A DNA stretch of 64,000 nucleotides. It comes from the human T2T-CHM13v2.0 reference genome, Homo sapiens. This document shows positions 23,301 through 38,300 of this stretch, piece after piece. The position numbers and the translations under genes were made by a program. The notes under the pieces are model-generated. The model was not told the DNA's origin. It saw nothing but the letters and a program-made list of their open reading frames with translations, and did not search any database. Where the stretch lies: the NCBI RefSeq assembly GCF_009914755.1, contig NC_060942.1; one strand, 5' to 3'. Within the stretch, counting starts at the first letter, position 1; each line of letters begins with the position of its first letter.

Positions 23301-26300
23301 GCGCTTTCAGGCCTATTTTGGAAAGGGAAATATCTTCCCGTAACAACTATGCAGAAGCATTCTCAGAAACTTGTTTGTGATGTGTGCCCTCTACTGACAG
23401 AGTTGAACCTTTCTTTTCATAGAGCAGTTTTGAAACACTCTTTTTGTAGAATCTGCAAGAGGATATTTGCATAGCTTTGAGGATTTCGTGGGAAACGGGA
23501 TTGTCTTCAGGTAAAATCTAGACAGAAGCATTCTCAGAAACTTCTTTGGGATGTTTGCATTCAAGTCACAGAGTAGAACATTCCCTTTGGTAGAGCAGGT
23601 TTGAAACACTCTTTTTGTAGTATCTGGAAGTGGACATTTGGAGCGCTTTCAGGCCCATGTTGGAAAGGGAAATATCTTCCCGTAACAACTAGGCAGAAGC
23701 ATTCTCAGAAACTTATTTGAGATGTGTGTACTCAACTAAGAGAATTGAACCACCGTTTTGAAGGAGCAGTTTTGAAACACTCTTTTTCTGGAATCTGCAA
23801 GAGTATATTTGCCTAGCCTTGAGGATTTCGTTGGAAACGGGATTGTCTTCAGAGAAAATCTAGACAGAAGCATTCTCAGAAACTTCTTTGGGATGTTTGC
23901 ATTCAAGTCACAGAGTAGAACATTCCCTTTGGTAGAGCAGGTTTGAAACACTCTTTTTTTAGTATATGGAAGTGGACATTTGGATCGCTTTCAGGCCTAC
24001 GTTGGAAAAGGAAATATCTTCCCATAACAACTAGACAGAAGCATTCTCAGAAACTAGTTTCTGATGTGTGTCCTCAACTAACACAGTTGAACATTTCTTT
24101 AGACAGAACAGTTTTGAAACACTCTTTTTGTGGAATCTGCAAGTGGCTATTTGGCTAGATTTGAGGATTTCGTTGGAAACGGGATTACATATAAAAAGCA
24201 GTCAGCAGCATTCTCAGAAAGTTCTTTGTGATGATTGCATTCAAGTCACAGAATTGAACATTCCCTTTCACAGAGCAGGTTTGAAACACTCTTTTTGTAG
24301 TGTGTGTAAGTGGACATTTGGAGCACTTACCGGCCTAAGGTGAAAAAGGAAATATCTTCCCATAAAAACTAGACAGAAGCATTCTCAGAAACTTACTCGT
24401 GATGTGTGTCCTCAACTAAAGGAGTAGAACCTTTCTTTTCATAGAGAAGTTTTGAAACGCTCTTTTTGTGGAATCTGCAAGTGGATATTTGGCTAGTTTT
24501 GAGGATTTCGTTGGAAGCGGGAATTCACACAAATTGCAGACTGCAGCGTTCTGAGAAACATCTTTGTGATGTTTGTATTCAGGACACAGAGTTGAACATT
24601 CCCTATCATAGAGCAGGTTTGAATCACTCCTTTTGTAGTATCTGGAAGTGGACATTTGGAGCGCTTTCAGGCCTATGTTGGAAAAGGAAATATCTTCCCA
24701 TAACAACTAGACAGAAGCATTCTCAGAAACTTATTTGAGATGTGTGTACTCAACTAAGAGAATTGAACCACCGTTTTGAAGGAGCAGTTTTGAAACTCTC
24801 TTTTTCTGGAATCTGCAAGTGGATATTTGGCTAGCTTTGGGGATTTCGCTGGAAGCGGGAATACATATAAAAAGCACACAGCAGCGTTCTGAGAAACTGC
24901 TTTCTGATGTTTGCATTCAAGTCAAAAGTTGAACACTCCCTTTCATAGAGCAGTCTTGAAACACCCCTTTTGTAGTATCTGGAACTGGACTTTTGGAGCG
25001 ATTTCAGGGCTAAGGTGAAAAAGGAAATATCTTCCCATAAAAACTGGACAGAAGCATTCTCAGAAACTTGGTTATGCTGTATCTACTCAACTAACAAAGT
25101 TGAACCTTTCTTTTGATAGAGCAGTTTTGAAATGGTCTTTTTGTGGAATCTGCAAGTGGATATTTGGCTAGTTTTGAGGATTTCGTTGGAAGCGGGAATT
25201 CATACAAATTGCAGACTGCAGCGTTCTGAGAAACATCTTTGTGATGTTTGTATTCAGGACACAGAGTTGAACATTCCCTATCATAGAGCAGGTTGGAATC
25301 ACTCCTTTTGTAGTATCTGGAAGTGGACATTTGGAGCGCTTTCAGGCCTATTTTGGAAAGGGAAATATCTTCCCGTAACAACTATGCAGAAGCATTCTCA
25401 GAAACTTGTTTGTGATGTGTGCCCTCTACTGACAGAGTTGAACCTTTCTTTTCATAGAGCAGTTTTGAAACACTCTTTTTGTAGAATCTGCAAGAGGATA
25501 TTTGCATAGCTTTGAGGATTTCGTGGGAAACGGGATTGTCTTCAGGTAAAATCTAGACAGAAGCATTCTCAGAAACTTCTTTGGGATGTTTGCATTCAAG
25601 TCACAGAGTAGAACATTCCCTTTGGTAGAGCAGGTTTGAAACACTCTTTTTGTAGTATCTGGAAGTGGACATTTGGAGCGCTTTCAGGCCCATGTTGGAA
25701 AGGGAAATATCTTCCCGTAACAACTAGGCAGAAGCATTCTCAGAAACTTATTTGAGATGTGTGTACTCAACTAAGAGAATTGAACCACCGTTTTGAAGGA
25801 GCAGTTTTGAAACACTCTTTTTCTGGAATCTGCAAGAGTATATTTGCCTAGCCTTGAGGATTTCGTTGGAAACGGGATTGTCTTCAGAGAAAATCTAGAC
25901 AGAAGTATTCTCAGAAACTTCTTTGGGATGTTTGCATTCAAGTCACAGAGTAGAACATTCCCTTTGGTAGAGCAGGTTTGAAACACTCTTTTTGTAGTAT
26001 CTGGAAGTGGACATTTGGAGCGCTTTCAGGCCTACGTTGGAAAAGGAAATATCTTCCCATAACAACTAGACAGAAGCATTCTCAGAAACTAGTTTCTGAT
26101 GTGTGTCCTCAACTAACACAGTTGAACATTTCTTTAGACAGAACAGTTTTGAAACACTCTTTTTGTGGAATCTGCAAGTGGCTATTTGGCTAGATTTGAG
26201 GATTTCGTTGGAAACGGGATTACATATAAAAAGCAGTCAGCAGCATTCTCAGAAAGTTCTTTGTGATGATTGCATTCAAGTCACAGAATTGAACATTCCC

Positions 26301-29300
26301 TTTCACAGAGCAGGTTTGAAACACTCTTTTTGTAGTGTGTGTAAGTGGACATTTGGAGCACTTACCGGCCTAAGGTGAAAAAGGAAATATCTTCCCATAA
26401 AAACTAGACAGAAGCATTCTCAGAAACTTACTCGTGATGTGTGTCCTCAACTAAAGGAGTAGAACCTTTCTTTTCATAGAGAAGTTTTGAAACGCTCTTT
26501 TTGTGGAATCTGCAAGTGGATATTTGGCTAGTTTTGAGGATTTCGTTGGAAGCGGGAATTCATACAAATTGCAGACTGCAGCGTTCTGAGAAACATCTTT
26601 GTGATGTTTGTATTCAGGACACAGAGTTGAACATTCCCTATCATAGAGCAGGTTGGAATCACTCCTTTTGTAGTATCTGGAAGTGGACATTTGGAGCGCT
26701 TTCAGGCCTATGTTGGAAAAGGAAATATCTTCCCATAACAACTAGACAGAAGCATTCTCAGAAACTTATTTGAGATGTGTGTACTCAACTAAGAGAATTG
26801 AACCACCGTTTTGAAGGAGCAGTTTTGAAACTCTCTTTTTCTGGAATCTGCAAGTGGATATTTGGCTAGCTTTGGGGATTTCGCTGGAAGCGGGAATACA
26901 TATAAAAAGCACACAGCAGCGTTCTGAGAAACTGCTTTCTGATGTTTGCATTCAAGTCAAAAGTTGAACACTCCCTTTCATAGAGCAGTCTTGAAACACC
27001 CCTTTTGTAGTATCTGGAACTGGACTTTTGGAGCGATTTCAGGGCTAAGGTGAAAAAGGAAATATCTTACCATAAAAACTGGACAGAAGCATTCTCAGAA
27101 ACTTGGTTATGCTGTATCTACTCAACTAACAAAGTTGAACCTTTCTTTTGATAGAGCAGTTTTGAAATGGTCTTTTTGTGGAATCTGCAAGTGGATATTT
27201 GGCTAGTTTTGAGGATTTCGTTGGAAGCGGGAATTCATACAAATTGCAGACTGCAGCGTTCTGAGAAACATCTTTGTGATGTTTGTATTCAGGACACAGA
27301 GTTGAACATTCCCTATCATAGAGCAGGTTGGAATCACTCCTTTTGTAGTATCTGGAAGTGGACATTTGGAGCGCTTTCAGGCCTATTTTGGAAAGGGAAA
27401 TATCTTCCCGTAACAACTATGCAGAAGCATTCTCAGAAACTTGTTTGTGATGTGTGCCCTCTACTGACAGAGTTGAACCTTTCTTTTCATAGAGCAGTTT
27501 TGAAACACTCTTTTTGTAGAATCTGCAAGAGGATATTTGCATAGCTTTGAGGATTTCGTGGGAAACGGGATTGTCTTCAGGTAAAATCTAGACAGAAGCA
27601 TTCTCAGAAACTTCTTTGGGATGTTTGCATTCAAGTCACAGAGTAGAACATTCCCTTTGGTAGAGCAGGTTTGAAACACTCTTTTTGTAGTATCTGGAAG
27701 TGGACATTTGGAGCGCTTTCAGGCCCATGTTGGAAAGGGAAATATCTTCCCGTAACAACTAGGCAGAAGCATTCTCAGAAACTTATTTGAGATGTGTGTA
27801 CTCAACTAAGAGAATTGAACCACCGTTTTGAAGGAGCAGTTTTGAAACACTCTTTTTCTGGAATCTGCAAGAGTATATTTGCCTAGCCTTGAGGATTTCG
27901 TTGGAAACGGGATTGTCTTCAGAGAAAATCTAGACAGAAGCATTCTCAGAAACTTCTTTGGGATGTTTGCATTCAAGTCACAGAGTAGAACATTCCCTTT
28001 GGTAGAGCAGGTTTGAAACACTCTTTTTTTAGTATATGGAAGTGGACATTTGGATCGCTTTCAGGCCTACGTTGGAAAAGGAAATATCTTCCCATAACAA
28101 CTAGACAGAAGCATTCTCAGAAACTAGTTTCTGATGTGTGTCCTCAACTAACACAGTTGAACATTTCTTTAGACAGAACAGTTTTGAAACACTCTTTTTG
28201 TGGAATCTGCAAGTGGCTATTTGGCTAGATTTGAGGATTTCGTTGGAAACGGGATTACATATAAAAAGCAGTCAGCAGCATTCTCAGAAAGTTCTTTGTG
28301 ATGATTGCATTCAAGTCACAGAATTGAACATTCCCTTTCACAGAGCAGGTTTGAAACACTCTTTTTGTAGTGTGTGTAAGTGGACATTTGGAGCACTTAC
28401 CGGCCTAAGGTGAAAAAGGAAATATCTTCCCATAAAAACTAGACAGAAGCATTCTCAGAAACTTACTCGTGATGTGTGTCCTCAACTAAAGGAGTAGAAC
28501 CTTTCTTTTCATAGAGAAGTTTTGAAACGCTCTTTTTGTGGAATCTGCAAGTGGATATTTGGCTAGTTTTGAGGATTTCGTTGGAAGCGGGAATTCATAC
28601 AAATTGCAGACTGCAGCGTTCTGAGAAACATCTTTGTGATGTTTGTATTCAGGACACAGAGTTGAACATTCCCTATCATAGAGCAGGTTTGAATCACTCC
28701 TTTTGTAGTATCTGGAAGTGGACATTTGGAGCGCTTTCAGGCCTATGTTGGAAAAGGAAATATCTTCCCATAACAACTAGACAGAAGCATTCTCAGAAAC
28801 TTATTTGAGATGTGTGTACTCAACTAAGAGAATTGAACCACCGTTTTGAAGGAGCAGTTTTGAAACTCTCTTTTTCTGGAATCTGCAAGTGGATATTTGG
28901 CTAGCTTTGGGGATTTCGCTGGAAGCGGGAATACATATAAAAAGCACACAGCAGCGTTCTGAGAAACTGCTTTCTGATGTTTGCATTCAAGTCAAAAGTT
29001 GAACACTCCCTTTCATAGAGCAGTCTTGAAACACCCCTTTTGTAGTATCTGGAACTGGACTTTTGGAGCGATTTCAGGGCTAAGGTGAAAAAGGAAATAT
29101 CTTCCCATAAAAACTGGACAGAAGCATTCTCAGAAACTTGGTTATGCTGTATCTACTCAACTAACAAAGTTGAACCTTTCTTTTGATAGAGCAGTTTTGA
29201 AATGGTCTTTTTGTGGAATCTGCAAGTGGATATTTGGCTAGTTTTGAGGATTTCGTTGGAAGCGGGAATTCATACAAATTGCAGACTGCAGCGTTCTGAG

Positions 29301-32300
29301 AAACATCTTTGTGATGTTTGTATTCAGGACAGAGAGTTGAACATTCCCTATCATAGAGCAGGTTGGAATCACTCCTTTTGTAGTATCTGGAAGTGGACAT
29401 TTGGAGCGCTTTCAGGCCTATTTTGGAAAGGGAAATATCTTCCCGTAACAACTATGCAGAAGCATTCTCAGAAACTTGTTTGTGATGTGTGCCCTCTACT
29501 GACAGAGTTGAACCTTTCTTTTCATAGAGCAGTTTTGAAACACTCTTTTTGTAGAATCTGCAAGAGGATATTTGCATAGCTTTGAGGATTTCGTGGGAAA
29601 CGGGATTGTCTTCAGGTAAAATCTAGACAGAAGCATTCTCAGAAACTTCTTTGGGATGTTTGCATTCAAGTCACAGAGTAGAACATTCCCTTTGGTAGAG
29701 CAGGTTTGAAACACTCTTTTTGTAGTATCTGGAAGTGGACATTTGGAGCGCTTTCAGGCCCATGTTGGAAAGGGAAATATCTTCCCGTAACAACTAGGCA
29801 GAAGCATTCTCAGAAACTTATTTGAGATGTGTGTACTCAACTAAGAGAATTGAACCACCGTTTTGAAGGAGCAGTTTTGAAACACTCTTTTTCTGGAATC
29901 TGCAAGAGTATATTTGCCTAGCCTTCAGGATTTCGTTGGAAACGGGATTGTCTTCAGAGAAAATCTAGACAGAAGCATTCTCAGAAACTTCTTTGGGATG
30001 TTTGCATTCAAGTCACAGAGTAGAACATTCCCTTTGGTAGAGCAGGTTTGAAACACTCTTTTTTTAGTATATGGAAGTGGACATTTGGATCGCTTTCAGG
30101 CCTACGTTGGAAAAGGAAATATCTTCCCATAACAACTAGACAGAAGCATTCTCAGAAACTAGTTTCTGATGTGTGTCCTCAACTAACACAGTTGAACATT
30201 TCTTTAGACAGAACAGTTTTGAAACACTCTTTTTGTGGAATCTGCAAGTGGCTATTTGGCTAGATTTGAGGATTTCGTTGGAAACGGGATTACATATAAA
30301 AAGCAGTCAGCAGCATTCTCAGAAAGTTCTTTGTGATGATTGCATTCAAGTCACAGAATTGAACATTCCCTTTCACAGAGCAGGTTTGAAACACTCTTTT
30401 TGTAGTGTGTGTAAGTGGACATTTGGAGCACTTACCGGCCTAAGGTGAAAAAGGAAATATCTTCCCATAAAAACTAGACAGAAGCATTCTCAGAAACTTA
30501 CTCGTGATGTGTGTCCTCAACTAAAGGAGTAGAACCTTTCTTTTCATAGAGAAGTTTTGAAACGCTCTTTTTGTGGAATCTGCAAGTGGATATTTGGCTA
30601 GTTTTGAGGATTTCGTTGGAAGCGGGAATTCATACAAATTGCAGACTGCAGCGTTCTGAGAAACATCTTTGTGATGTTTGTATTCAGGACACAGAGTTGA
30701 ACATTCCCTATCATAGAGCAGGTTGGAATCACTCCTTTTGTAGTATCTGGAAGTGGACATTTGGAGCGCTTTCAGGCCTATGTTGGAAAAGGAAATATCT
30801 TCCCATAACAACTAGACAGAAGCATTCTCAGAAACTTATTTGAGATGTGTGTACTCAACTAAGAGAATTGAACCACCGTTTTGAAGGAGCAGTTTTGAAA
30901 CTCTCTTTTTCTGGAATCTGCAAGTGGATATTTGGCTAGCTTTGGGGATTTCGCTGGAAGCGGGAATACATATAAAAAGCACACAGCAGCGTTCTGAGAA
31001 ACTGCTTTCTGATGTTTGCATTCAAGTCAAAAGTTGAACACTCCCTTTCATAGAGCAGTCTTGAAACACCCCTTTTGTAGTATCTGGAACTGGACTTTTG
31101 GAGCGATTTCAGGGCTAAGGTGAAAAAGGAAATATCTTACCATAAAAACTGGACAGAAGCATTCTCAGAAACTTGGTTATGCTGTATCTACTCAACTAAC
31201 AAAGTTGAACCTTTCTTTTGATAGAGCAGTTTTGAAATGGTCTTTTTGTGGAATCTGCAAGTGGATATTTGGCTAGTTTTGAGGATTTCGTTGGAAGCGG
31301 GAATTCATACAAATTGCAGACTGCAGCGTTCTGAGAAACATCTTTGTGATGTTTGTATTCAGGACAGAGAGTTGAACATTCCCTATCATAGAGCAGGTTG
31401 GAATCACTCCTTTTGTAGTATCTGGAAGTGGACATTTGGAGCGCTTTCAGGCCTATTTTGGAAAGGGAAATATCTTCCCGTAACAACTATGCAGAAGCAT
31501 TCTCAGAAACTTGTTTGTGATGTGTGCCCTCTACTGACAGAGTTGAACCTTTCTTTTCATAGAGCAGTTTTGAAACACTCTTTTTGTAGAATCTGCAAGA
31601 GGATATTTGCATAGCTTTGAGGATTTCGTGGGAAACGGGATTGTCTTCAGGTAAAATCTAGACAGAAGCATTCTCAGAAACTTCTTTGGGATGTTTGCAT
31701 TCAAGTCACAGAGTAGAACATTCCCTTTGGTAGAGCAGGTTTGAAACACTCTTTTTGTAGTATCTGGAAGTGGACATTTGGAGCGCTTTCAGGCCCATGT
31801 TGGAAAGGGAAATATCTTCCCGTAACAACTAGGCAGAAGCATTCTCAGAAACTTATTTGAGATGTGTGTACTCAACTAAGAGAATTGAACCACCGTTTTG
31901 AAGGAGCAGTTTTGAAACACTCTTTTTCTGGAATCTGCAAGAGTATATTTGCCTAGCCTTGAGGATTTCGTTGGAAACGGGATTGTCTTCAGAGAAAATC
32001 TAGACAGAAGCATTCTCAGAAACTTCTTTGGGATGTTTGCATTCAAGTCACAGAGTAGAACATTCCCTTTGGTAGAGCAGGTTTGAAACACTCTTTTTTT
32101 AGTATATGGAAGTGGACATTTGGATCGCTTTCAGGCCTACGTTGGAAAAGGAAATATCTTCCCATAACAACTAGACAGAAGCATTCTCAGAAACTAGTTT
32201 CTGATGTGTGTCCTCAACTAACACAGTTGAACATTTCTTTAGACAGAACAGTTTTGAAACACTCTTTTTGTGGAATCTGCAAGTGGCTATTTGGCTAGAT

Positions 32301-35300
32301 TTGAGGATTTCGTTGGAAACGGGATTACATATAAAAAGCAGTCAGCAGCATTCTCAGAAAGTTCTTTGTGATGATTGCATTCAAGTCACAGAATTGAACA
32401 TTCCCTTTCACAGAGCAGGTTTGAAACACTCTTTTTGTAGTGTGTGTAAGTGGACATTTGGAGCACTTACCGGCCTAAGGTGAAAAAGGAAATATCTTCC
32501 CATAAAAACTAGACAGAAGCATTCTCAGAAACTTACTCGTGATGTGTGTCCTCAACTAAAGGAGTAGAACCTTTCTTTTCATAGAGAAGTTTTGAAACGC
32601 TCTTTTTGTGGAATCTGCAAGTGGATATTTGGCTAGTTTTGAGGATTTCGTTGGAAGCGGGAATTCACACAAATTGCAGACTGCAGCGTTCTGAGAAACA
32701 TCTTTGTGATGTTTGTATTCAGGACACAGAGTTGAACATTCCCTATCATAGAGCAGGTTTGAATCACTCCTTTTGTAGTATCTGGAAGTGGACATTTGGA
32801 GCGCTTTCAGGCCTATGTTGGAAAAGGAAATATCTTCCCATAACAACTAGACAGAAGCATTCTCAGAAACTTATTTGAGATGTGTGTACTCAACTAAGAG
32901 AATTGAACCACCGTTTTGAAGGAGCAGTTTTGAAACTCTCTTTTTCTGGAATCTGCAAGTGGATATTTGGCTAGCTTTGGGGATTTCGCTGGAAGCGGGA
33001 ATACATATAAAAAGCACACAGCAGCGTTCTGAGAAACTGCTTTCTGATGTTTGCATTCAAGTCAAAAGTTGAACACTCCCTTTCATAGAGCAGTCTTGAA
33101 ACACCCCTTTTGTAGTATCTGGAACTGGACTTTTGGAGCGATTTCAGGGCTAAGGTGAAAAAGGAAATATCTTCCCATAAAAACTGGACAGAAGCATTCT
33201 CAGAAACTTGGTTATGCTGTATCTACTCAACTAACAAAGTTGAACCTTTCTTTTGATAGAGCAGTTTTGAAATGGTCTTTTTGTGGAATCTGCAAGTGGA
33301 TATTTGGCTAGTTTTGAGGATTTCGTTGGAAGCGGGAATTCATACAAATTGCAGACTGCAGCGTTCTGAGAAACATCTTTGTGATGTTTGTATTCAGGAC
33401 ACAGAGTTGAACATTCCCTATCATAGAGCAGGTTGGAATCACTCCTTTTGTAGTATCTGGAAGTGGACATTTGGAGCGCTTTCAGGCCTATTTTGGAAAG
33501 GGAAATATCTTCCCGTAACAACTATGCAGAAGCATTCTCAGAAACTTGTTTGTGATGTGTGCCCTCTACTGACAGAGTTGAACCTTTCTTTTCATAGAGC
33601 AGTTTTGAAACACTCTTTTTGTAGAATCTGCAAGAGGATATTTGCATAGCTTTGAGGATTTCGTGGGAAACGGGATTGTCTTCAGGTAAAATCTAGACAG
33701 AAGCATTCTCAGAAACTTCTTTGGGATGTTTGCATTCAAGTCACAGAGTAGAACATTCCCTTTGGTAGAGCAGGTTTGAAACACTCTTTTTGTAGTATCT
33801 GGAAGTGGACATTTGGAGCGCTTTCAGGCCCATGTTGGAAAGGGAAATATCTTCCCGTAACAACTAGGCAGAAGCATTCTCAGAAACTTATTTGAGATGT
33901 GTGTACTCAACTAAGAGAATTGAACCACCGTTTTGAAGGAGCAGTTTTGAAACACTCTTTTTCTGGAATCTGCAAGAGTATATTTGCCTAGCCTTGAGGA
34001 TTTCGTTGGAAACGGGATTGTCTTCAGAGAAAATCTAGACAGAAGTATTCTCAGAAACTTCTTTGGGATGTTTGCATTCAAGTCACAGAGTAGAACATTC
34101 CCTTTGGTAGAGCAGGTTTGAAACACTCTTTTTGTAGTATCTGGAAGTGGACATTTGGAGCGCTTTCAGGCCTACGTTGGAAAAGGAAATATCTTCCCAT
34201 AACAACTAGACAGAAGCATTCTCAGAAACTAGTTTCTGATGTGTGTCCTCAACTAACACAGTTGAACATTTCTTTAGACAGAACAGTTTTGAAACACTCT
34301 TTTTGTGGAATCTGCAAGTGGCTATTTGGCTAGATTTGAGGATTTCGTTGGAAACGGGATTACATATAAAAAGCAGTCAGCAGCATTCTCAGAAAGTTCT
34401 TTGTGATGATTGCATTCAAGTCACAGAATTGAACATTCCCTTTCACAGAGCAGGTTTGAAACACTCTTTTTGTAGTGTGTGTAAGTGGACATTTGGAGCA
34501 CTTACCGGCCTAAGGTGAAAAAGGAAATATCTTCCCATAAAAACTAGACAGAAGCATTCTCAGAAACTTACTCGTGATGTGTGTCCTCAACTAAAGGAGT
34601 AGAACCTTTCTTTTCATAGAGAAGTTTTGAAACGCTCTTTTTGTGGAATCTGCAAGTGGATATTTGGCTAGTTTTGAGGATTTCGTTGGAAGCGGGAATT
34701 CATACAAATTGCAGACTGCAGCGTTCTGAGAAACATCTTTGTGATGTTTGTATTCAGGACACAGAGTTGAACATTCCCTATCATAGAGCAGGTTTGAATC
34801 ACTCCTTTTGTAGTATCTGGAAGTGGACATTTGGAGCGCTTTCAGGCCTATGTTGGAAAAGGAAATATCTTCCCATAACAACTAGACAGAAGCATTCTCA
34901 GAAACTTATTTGAGATGTGTGTACTCAACTAAGAGAATTGAACCACCGTTTTGAAGGAGCAGTTTTGAAACTCTCTTTTTCTGGAATCTGCAAGTGGATA
35001 TTTGGCTAGCTTTGGGGATTTCGCTGGAAGCGGGAATACATATAAAAAGCACACAGCAGCGTTCTGAGAAACTGCTTTCTGATGTTTGCATTCAAGTCAA
35101 AAGTTGAACACTCCCTTTCATAGAGCAGTCTTGAAACACCCCTTTTGTAGTATCTGGAACTGGACTTTTGGAGCGATTTCAGGGCTAAGGTGAAAAAGGA
35201 AATATCTTACCATAAAAACTGGACAGAAGCATTCTCAGAAACTTGGTTATGCTGTATCTACTCAACTAACAAAGTTGAACCTTTCTTTTGATAGAGCAGT

Positions 35301-38300
35301 TTTGAAATGGTCTTTTTGTGGAATCTGCAAGTGGATATTTGGCTAGTTTTGAGGATTTCGTTGGAAGCGGGAATTCATACAAATTGCAGACTGCAGCGTT
35401 CTGAGAAACATCTTTGTGATGTTTGTATTCAGGACAGAGAGTTGAACATTCCCTATCATAGAGCAGGTTGGAATCACTCCTTTTGTAGTATCTGGAAGTG
35501 GACATTTGGAGCGCTTTCAGGCCTATTTTGGAAAGGGAAATATCTTCCCGTAACAACTATGCAGAAGCATTCTCAGAAACTTGTTTGTGATGTGTGCCCT
35601 CTACTGACAGAGTTGAACCTTTCTTTTCATAGAGCAGTTTTGAAACACTCTTTTTGTAGAATCTGCAAGAGGATATTTGCATAGCTTTGAGGATTTCGTG
35701 GGAAACGGGATTGTCTTCAGGTAAAATCTAGACAGAAGCATTCTCAGAAACTTCTTTGGGATGTTTGCATTCAAGTCACAGAGTAGAACATTCCCTTTGG
35801 TAGAGCAGGTTTGAAACACTCTTTTTGTAGTATCTGGAAGTGGACATTTGGAGCGCTTTCAGGCCCATGTTGGAAAGGGAAATATCTTCCCGTAACAACT
35901 AGGCAGAAGCATTCTCAGAAACTTATTTGAGATGTGTGTACTCAACTAAGAGAATTGAACCACCGTTTTGAAGGAGCAGTTTTGAAACACTCTTTTTCTG
36001 GAATCTGCAAGAGTATATTTGCCTAGCCTTGAGGATTTCGTTGGAAACGGGATTGTCTTCAGAGAAAATCTAGACAGAAGCATTCTCAGAAACTTCTTTG
36101 GGATGTTTGCATTCAAGTCACAGAGTAGAACATTCCCTTTGGTAGAGCAGGTTTGAAACACTCTTTTTTTAGTATATGGAAGTGGACATTTGGATCGCTT
36201 TCAGGCCTACGTTGGAAAAGGAAATATCTTCCCATAACAACTAGACAGAAGCATTCTCAGAAACTAGTTTCTGATGTGTGTCCTCAACTAACACAGTTGA
36301 ACATTTCTTTAGACAGAACAGTTTTGAAACACTCTTTTTGTGGAATCTGCAAGTGGCTATTTGGCTAGATTTGAGGATTTCGTTGGAAACGGGATTACAT
36401 ATAAAAAGCAGTCAGCAGCATTCTCAGAAAGTTCTTTGTGATGATTGCATTCAAGTCACAGAATTGAACATTCCCTTTCACAGAGCAGGTTTGAAACACT
36501 CTTTTTGTAGTGTGTGTAAGTGGACATTTGGAGCACTTACCGGCCTAAGGTGAAAAAGGAAATATCTTCCCATAAAAACCAGACAGAAGCATTCTCAGAA
36601 ACTTACTCGTGATGTGTGTCCTCAACTAAAGGAGTAGAACCTTTCTTTTCATAGAGAAGTTTTGAAACGCTCTTTTTGTGGAATCTGCAAGTGGATATTT
36701 GGCTAGTTTTGAGGATTTCGTTGGAAGCGGGAATTCATACAAATTGCAGACTGCAGCGTTCTGAGAAACATCTTTGTGATGTTTGTATTCAGGACACAGA
36801 GTTGAACATTCCCTATCATAGAGCAGGTTTGAATCACTCCTTTTGTAGTATCTGGAAGTGGACATTTGGAGCGCTTTCAGGCCTATGTTGGAAAAGGAAA
36901 TATCTTCCCATAACAACTAGACAGAAGCATTCTCAGAAACTTATTTGAGATGTGTGTACTCAACTAAGAGAATTGAACCACCGTTTTGAAGGAGCAGTTT
37001 TGAAACTCTCTTTTTCTGGAATCTGCAAGTGGATATTTGGCTAGCTTTGGGGATTTCGCTGGAAGCGGGAATACATATAAAAAGCACACAGCAGCGTTCT
37101 GAGAAACTGCTTTCTGATGTTTGCATTCAAGTCAAAAGTTGAACACTCCCTTTCATAGAGCAGTCTTGAAACACCCCTTTTGTAGTATCTGGAACTGGAC
37201 TTTTGGAGCGATTTCAGGGCTAAGGTGAAAAAGGAAATATCTTCCCATAAAAACTGGACAGAAGCATTCTCAGAAACTTGGTTATGCTGTATCTACTCAA
37301 CTAACAAAGTTGAACCTTTCTTTTGATAGAGCAGTTTTGAAATGGTCTTTTTGTGGAATCTGCAAGTGGATATTTGGCTAGTTTTGAGGATTTCGTTGGA
37401 AGCGGGAATTCATACAAATTGCAGACTGCAGCGTTCTGAGAAACATCTTTGTGATGTTTGTATTCAGGACAGAGAGTTGAACATTCCCTATCATAGAGCA
37501 GGTTGGAATCACTCCTTTTGTAGTATCTGGAAGTGGACATTTGGAGCGCTTTCAGGCCTATTTTGGAAAGGGAAATATCTTCCCGTAACAACTATGCAGA
37601 AGCATTCTCAGAAACTTGTTTGTGATGTGTGCCCTCTACTGACAGAGTTGAACCTTTCTTTTCATAGAGCAGTTTTGAAACACTCTTTTTGTAGAATCTG
37701 CAAGAGGATATTTGCATAGCTTTGAGGATTTCGTGGGAAACGGGATTGTCTTCAGGTAAAATCTAGACAGAAGCATTCTCAGAAACTTCTTTGGGATGTT
37801 TGCATTCAAGTCACAGAGTAGAACATTCCCTTTGGTAGAGCAGGTTTGAAACACTCTTTTTGTAGTATCTGGAAGTGGACATTTGGAGCGCTTTCAGGCC
37901 CATGTTGGAAAGGGAAATATCTTCCCGTAACAACTAGGCAGAAGCATTCTCAGAAACTTATTTGAGATGTGTGTACTCAACTAAGAGAATTGAACCACCG
38001 TTTTGAAGGAGCAGTTTTGAAACACTCTTTTTCTGGAATCTGCAAGAGTATATTTGCCTAGCCTTGAGGATTTCGTTGGAAACGGGATTGTCTTCAGAGA
38101 AAATCTAGACAGAAGCATTCTCAGAAACTTCTTTGGGATGTTTGCATTCAAGTCACAGAGTAGAACATTCCCTTTGGTAGAGCAGGTTTGAAACACTCTT
38201 TTTTTAGTATATGGAAGTGGACATTTGGATCGCTTTCAGGCCTACGTTGGAAAAGGAAATATCTTCCCATAACAACTAGACAGAAGCATTCTCAGAAACT